NCBI GenBank assembly: GCA_017302795.1
Contig: JAFLCB010000003.1
Location: 26,650 to 90,649 of the forward strand
Source of the DNA: Deltaproteobacteria bacterium
GTDB lineage: Bacteria > Bdellovibrionota > Bdellovibrionia > Bdellovibrionales > JAMPXM01
Direction: 5' to 3'
DNA: 64,000 nt
Below the pieces are notes generated by a model, which saw nothing but the letters and a program-made list of their open reading frames with translations, did no database searches and was not told where the DNA came from. Shown piece after piece: positions 61,206 to 64,000 of this stretch (the first letter of the stretch is position 1; the number at the start of each line of letters is the position of its first letter). Position numbers and translations under genes: made by a program.

Positions 61206-62305
61206 TGAATGCCGAAATTCTAACCGGTGAGGTCATCACTGCCGCAAAGAGAGAGCTCACTTTGCGTTGCTTTGAAGACTGGAAACGCCTCGGGCCAGCA
61301 CACGTTCTGCTGACTGGTGGCACCGGTTTTTTTGGTTCTTGGATCATCGCAAGTTTCTTGGCGCTTCGCGAAGCGGGTCTCAAAGTTGAACTCACCGTTC
61401 TTTCGCGAAACCCGGACGTGTTCTTGGAAAAAAACCCGTCGCTTAAAAGTGTTCCGGGCCTGATTTTTAAAAAAGGGGATGTCGTCACGGCGACAATCCC
61501 GTTCAGTGTGACGCACGTTTTTCATTTCGCAACCACACCTGCAAACCGCGCAGATGCGTCGGCGGAAGCGGAAATGCGAGAGACGATCGTTTCTGGCACA
61601 AGGCGAATGCTAGAAGAGGCCGAGCGTGTCGGTGCGAAGAGATTTTTGTTGGCAAGTTCTGGCGCTGTTTATGGCCGCGGAAATTCGGATCTCCCATTTG
61701 AAGGTCTTGTCGACGCCAGTCTCTTGCCAGCCATCACAGATCTTTCAGATCCGCTGAATGGTGGACTGACGATGTATGGTGCCGCAAAGCGTGAGGCCGA
61801 GCGGCTTTGCTATGAAGCGCAAAAAGCAAGGCGAGTTGAAACCGTCGTCGCGCGAGGGTTTGCATTTTCAGGTCCGCTTTTTCCGGTCGAAGGGCCTTAC
61901 GCGATTTCTGGTTTCATGTCGGCCATGCTTAACGGCCTTCCTTTGAACGTGCGAACTCCGCAAACGGTGCGTGCGTACCTTGATGGGCGCGATTTGGTTC
62001 AGGTGCTTTGGATGCTTTTGGCCAGGGGGCGATCGGGCGAAGCGTACAACGTCGGCGGATCGGAATCGGTGAACATGCACGAATTGGCGGATCTCATTCG
62101 CGCGGTGGCCTTAAAGGTCGGTCGAAAGGTGCCGGAGGTGCGGATTGCCGGGCACATGATGCAGAGCCCCGACACCTATCGGCCAAGCTTAAAGAAGCTT
62201 GAAACCGAGTTTGGCTGGCAGCCCGTGATTAGTTTGAGAGAAAGTCTTCGCGATCACGCGCTTTGGGCCACTCGAGAGGCAGGCCCAACCGGCCACTCTA
62301 GCTAG
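61205..62305 (+). CDS. NAD-dependent epimerase/dehydratase family (extended SDR) protein
   Basis: VLLTGGTGFFGSWI Rossmann motif and catalytic YGAAK (YxxxK). The ATG overlaps the upstream TAA by 1 nt. Confidence 0.8.
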   Translation: MNAEILTGEVITAAKRELTLRCFEDWKRLGPAHVLLTGGTGFFGSWIIASFLALREAGLKVELTVLSRNPDVFLEKNPSLKSVPGLIFKKGDVVTATIPFSVTHVFHFATTPANRADASAEAEMRETIVSGTRRMLEEAERVGAKRFLLASSGAVYGRGNSDLPFEGLVDASLLPAITDLSDPLNGGLTMYGAAKREAERLCYEAQKARRVETVVARGFAFSGPLFPVEGPYAISGFMSAMLNGLPLNVRTPQTVRAYLDGRDLVQVLWMLLARGRSGEAYNVGGSESVNMHELADLIRAVALKVGRKVPEVRIAGHMMQSPDTYRPSLKKLETEFGWQPVISLRESLRDHALWATREAGPTGHSS

Positions 62306-62351
62306 GTAAAAGCTCGACAAAGTTCGGCCGAAATCCTACGACTATACCCCT

Positions 62352-63434
62352 ATGAAAAAAGCTCTCATCACGGGTATCACGGGCCAAGACGGCGCCTATC
62401 TCGCCGAATTTCTTTTGGACAAAGGCTATGAAGTTCACGGCATCAAGCGGCGAACTTCTTTGTTCAACACTGATCGCATCGACCACTTGTTTCGCGATCC
62501 ACATGAAAAAGGTCGCTCCGACAAAGGTGCAAACCTCCATCTGCACCACGGGGACATGACCGACTCTTCCAGCATATTGCGGATCATCAAACAAGTTCAG
62601 CCGGACGAGATTTATAACCTCGCAGCGCAATCACACGTCGCAGTTTCGTTTGAAGAGCCCGAGTACACGGCGAATTCGGATGCCATCGGACCTTTGCGAG
62701 TACTTGAAGCAATTCGCATTTTAGGTCTCGAGAAAAAAACTCGCTTTTATCAAGCGTCGACGTCGGAACTTTACGGCTTGGTCCAAGAAACTCCGCAAAA
62801 AGAGACGACCCCGTTTTATCCGCGAAGTCCTTACGCAGTCGCGAAGATGTATGCGTATTGGATTACGGTCAATTACCGCGAGGCCTACGGCATCTACGCG
62901 TGCAACGGAATTTTGTTTAACCACGAATCTCCCCTACGCGGAGAAACGTTCGTCACAAGAAAAATCACGCGCGGCCTTTCGCGTATCAAGTACGGCCTCG
63001 AAAAGTGTCTGTACCTCGGCAACATGGATGCAAAGCGCGACTGGGGCCACGCCAGAGATTACGTTGAAATGCAGTGGCTGATGCTTCAACAAGAAAAGCC
63101 AGAAGACTTCGTCATTGCCACTGGTGTTCAGTACAGCGTTCGCGAGTTCGTGGTTGCAGCTGCAAAACACATGGGAATGACGATCACTTGGAATGGCGAA
63201 GGCGCCTCAGAAAAGGGCTTCGATCAAGAAGGTCGCTGCATTGTAGCGGTCGATCCGCGTTACTACCGACCGACAGAAGTGGAATCTCTTTTGGGCGATC
63301 CAACCAAGGCGAAAGAAAAGCTTGGCTGGACACCGCGAACAACGTTTGTCGAGTTGGTGAAAGAAATGATGGAAGCCGATTTGAAGCTGGCGGAACGCGA
63401 TTCAAAGTTCACGTCGCTGAAAGTAGTGAGGTAG
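62352..63434 (+). CDS. gmd: GDP-mannose 4,6-dehydratase
   Basis: [69 protein letters not shown], and [18 protein letters not shown]. Confidence 0.96.
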   Translation: MKKALITGITGQDGAYLAEFLLDKGYEVHGIKRRTSLFNTDRIDHLFRDPHEKGRSDKGANLHLHHGDMTDSSSILRIIKQVQPDEIYNLAAQSHVAVSFEEPEYTANSDAIGPLRVLEAIRILGLEKKTRFYQASTSELYGLVQETPQKETTPFYPRSPYAVAKMYAYWITVNYREAYGIYACNGILFNHESPLRGETFVTRKITRGLSRIKYGLEKCLYLGNMDAKRDWGHARDYVEMQWLMLQQEKPEDFVIATGVQYSVREFVVAAAKHMGMTITWNGEGASEKGFDQEGRCIVAVDPRYYRPTEVESLLGDPTKAKEKLGWTPRTTFVELVKEMMEADLKLAERDSKFTSLKVVR

Positions 63435-63442
63435 ATCTTAAG

Positions 63443-64000
63443 ATGAAGATCCTTCTAACTGGCGGAACCGGAATGGTCGGCCGCAACATTTTGGACTACG
63501 CCAGAACGCATGGCGCTGCCTATGAGTTCTATGCACCTTCAAGTGGTGAATTGAACCTTCTCGACCGGGCCTCGACGGAAACGTACATGCTTAAGCATCG
63601 GCCCGATCTTGTTATTCATTGCGCAGGTCGAGTGGGCGGAATTCAGGCCAACATCTCAAACCCCGTCGCATTTTTGATCGACAATCTCGACATGGCTCGT
63701 AACATTTTGGGAGCCGCACACAAAGCGCGCGTCACGAAAGTTCTGAACATGGGAACGTCATGCATGTACCCGCGCGACGCGGAAAATCCGCTGAAAGAAG
63801 AACTCGTTTTAAAGGGTGAGCTCGAACCAACCAACGAAGGGTACGCGATCGCGAAAGTTTTTGCTGCGAAGTATGCGTCCTACATTCACCGCGAAAACAA
63901 CGATCTCAAGTACAAGACTTTGATTCCGTGCAACCTCTACGGACGGCACGACAATTTCGATCCTTTGTCCTCCCACATGATTCCAGCGGTTATTCACAAA
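63443..64000 (+). CDS. fcl: GDP-L-fucose synthase (GDP-4-keto-6-deoxymannose 3,5-epimerase/4-reductase), 5' part; runs off the right edge
   Basis: Translating from ATG 63443 gives MKILLTGGTGMVGRNILDY...DLVIHCAGRVGGIQANISNPVAFLIDNL...GTSCMYPRDAENPLKEE...EPTNEGYAIAKV...CNLYGRHDNFD. There is no stop before 64000, so it is absent from the ORF track. Confidence 0.9.
   Translation, partial: MKILLTGGTGMVGRNILDYARTHGAAYEFYAPSSGELNLLDRASTETYMLKHRPDLVIHCAGRVGGIQANISNPVAFLIDNLDMARNILGAAHKARVTKVLNMGTSCMYPRDAENPLKEELVLKGELEPTNEGYAIAKVFAAKYASYIHRENNDLKYKTLIPCNLYGRHDNFDPLSSHMIPAVIHK

Noticed and set aside
1-64000. A mobile element, prophage, genomic island, toxin-antitoxin system or known defence system anywhere in the window.
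   Set aside because: I found no transposase, integrase, recombinase, phage structural gene, tRNA attachment site or recognisable defence-gene motif (no Cas, restriction-modification, Abi, or CBASS/retron signatures). The only nuclease is a lone secreted HNH protein.

Overview
This is dense bacterial DNA that looks chromosomal, with about 60 protein-coding genes. I see no rRNA, tRNA, CRISPR array, transposase, integrase or phage genes. The flagellin sequences and overall gene content look Bdellovibrio-like (Bdellovibrionota), but that is inference, not a database result. Many adjacent genes are joined by 1-4 nt start/stop overlaps (ATGA, GTGA, TAATG). All product calls rest on motif recognition by eye, and no searches or folding programs were run.

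Gene order, left to right:
- Two tandem flagellin genes, one cut by the left edge.
- thyA-folA.
- An HD-domain phosphohydrolase and a MaoC dehydratase.
- A small accessory patch: HAMP membrane protein, beta-barrel-like outer-membrane protein, secreted HNH nuclease, DedA::FAD-disulfide-oxidoreductase fusion, and ung.
- A translationally coupled three-gene operon of unknown function, headed by a ~800-aa secreted glycine-rich protein.
- A peptide/nickel-type ABC importer operon with an extra small secreted coiled-coil gene between its two ATPase genes. It runs without a break into aroB, a 1044-aa AroA-AroK-AroD-AroE fusion, and aroC.
- On the opposite strand, DAHP synthase plus menG/ubiE.
- A menaquinone cluster (MenF::MenD fusion, menH, menB ... 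menA, menC, menE) interrupted by four lipoprotein/redox genes.
- An SDR, a thiolase and purD.
- An operon of MpaA-like peptidase, HAD hydrolase, histidine kinase, sigma54 activator and GNAT.
- glmU-glmS and a CE4 deacetylase.
- A nucleotide-sugar cluster (manC, split transketolase, E1-type 3-dehydrase, SDR, gmd, fcl) cut by the right edge.

Most noteworthy:
1. Shikimate and menaquinone genes are fused in the same domain orders as the eukaryotic AROM and PHYLLO proteins.
2. Six 45-54-nt GGTACC-capped palindromes sit just after stop codons and show compensatory substitutions between their arms.
3. The glycine-rich / zinc-ribbon operon is uncharacterised.
4. An E1-type Fe-S dehydrase and a split transketolase sit inside a GDP-mannose/fucose cluster.
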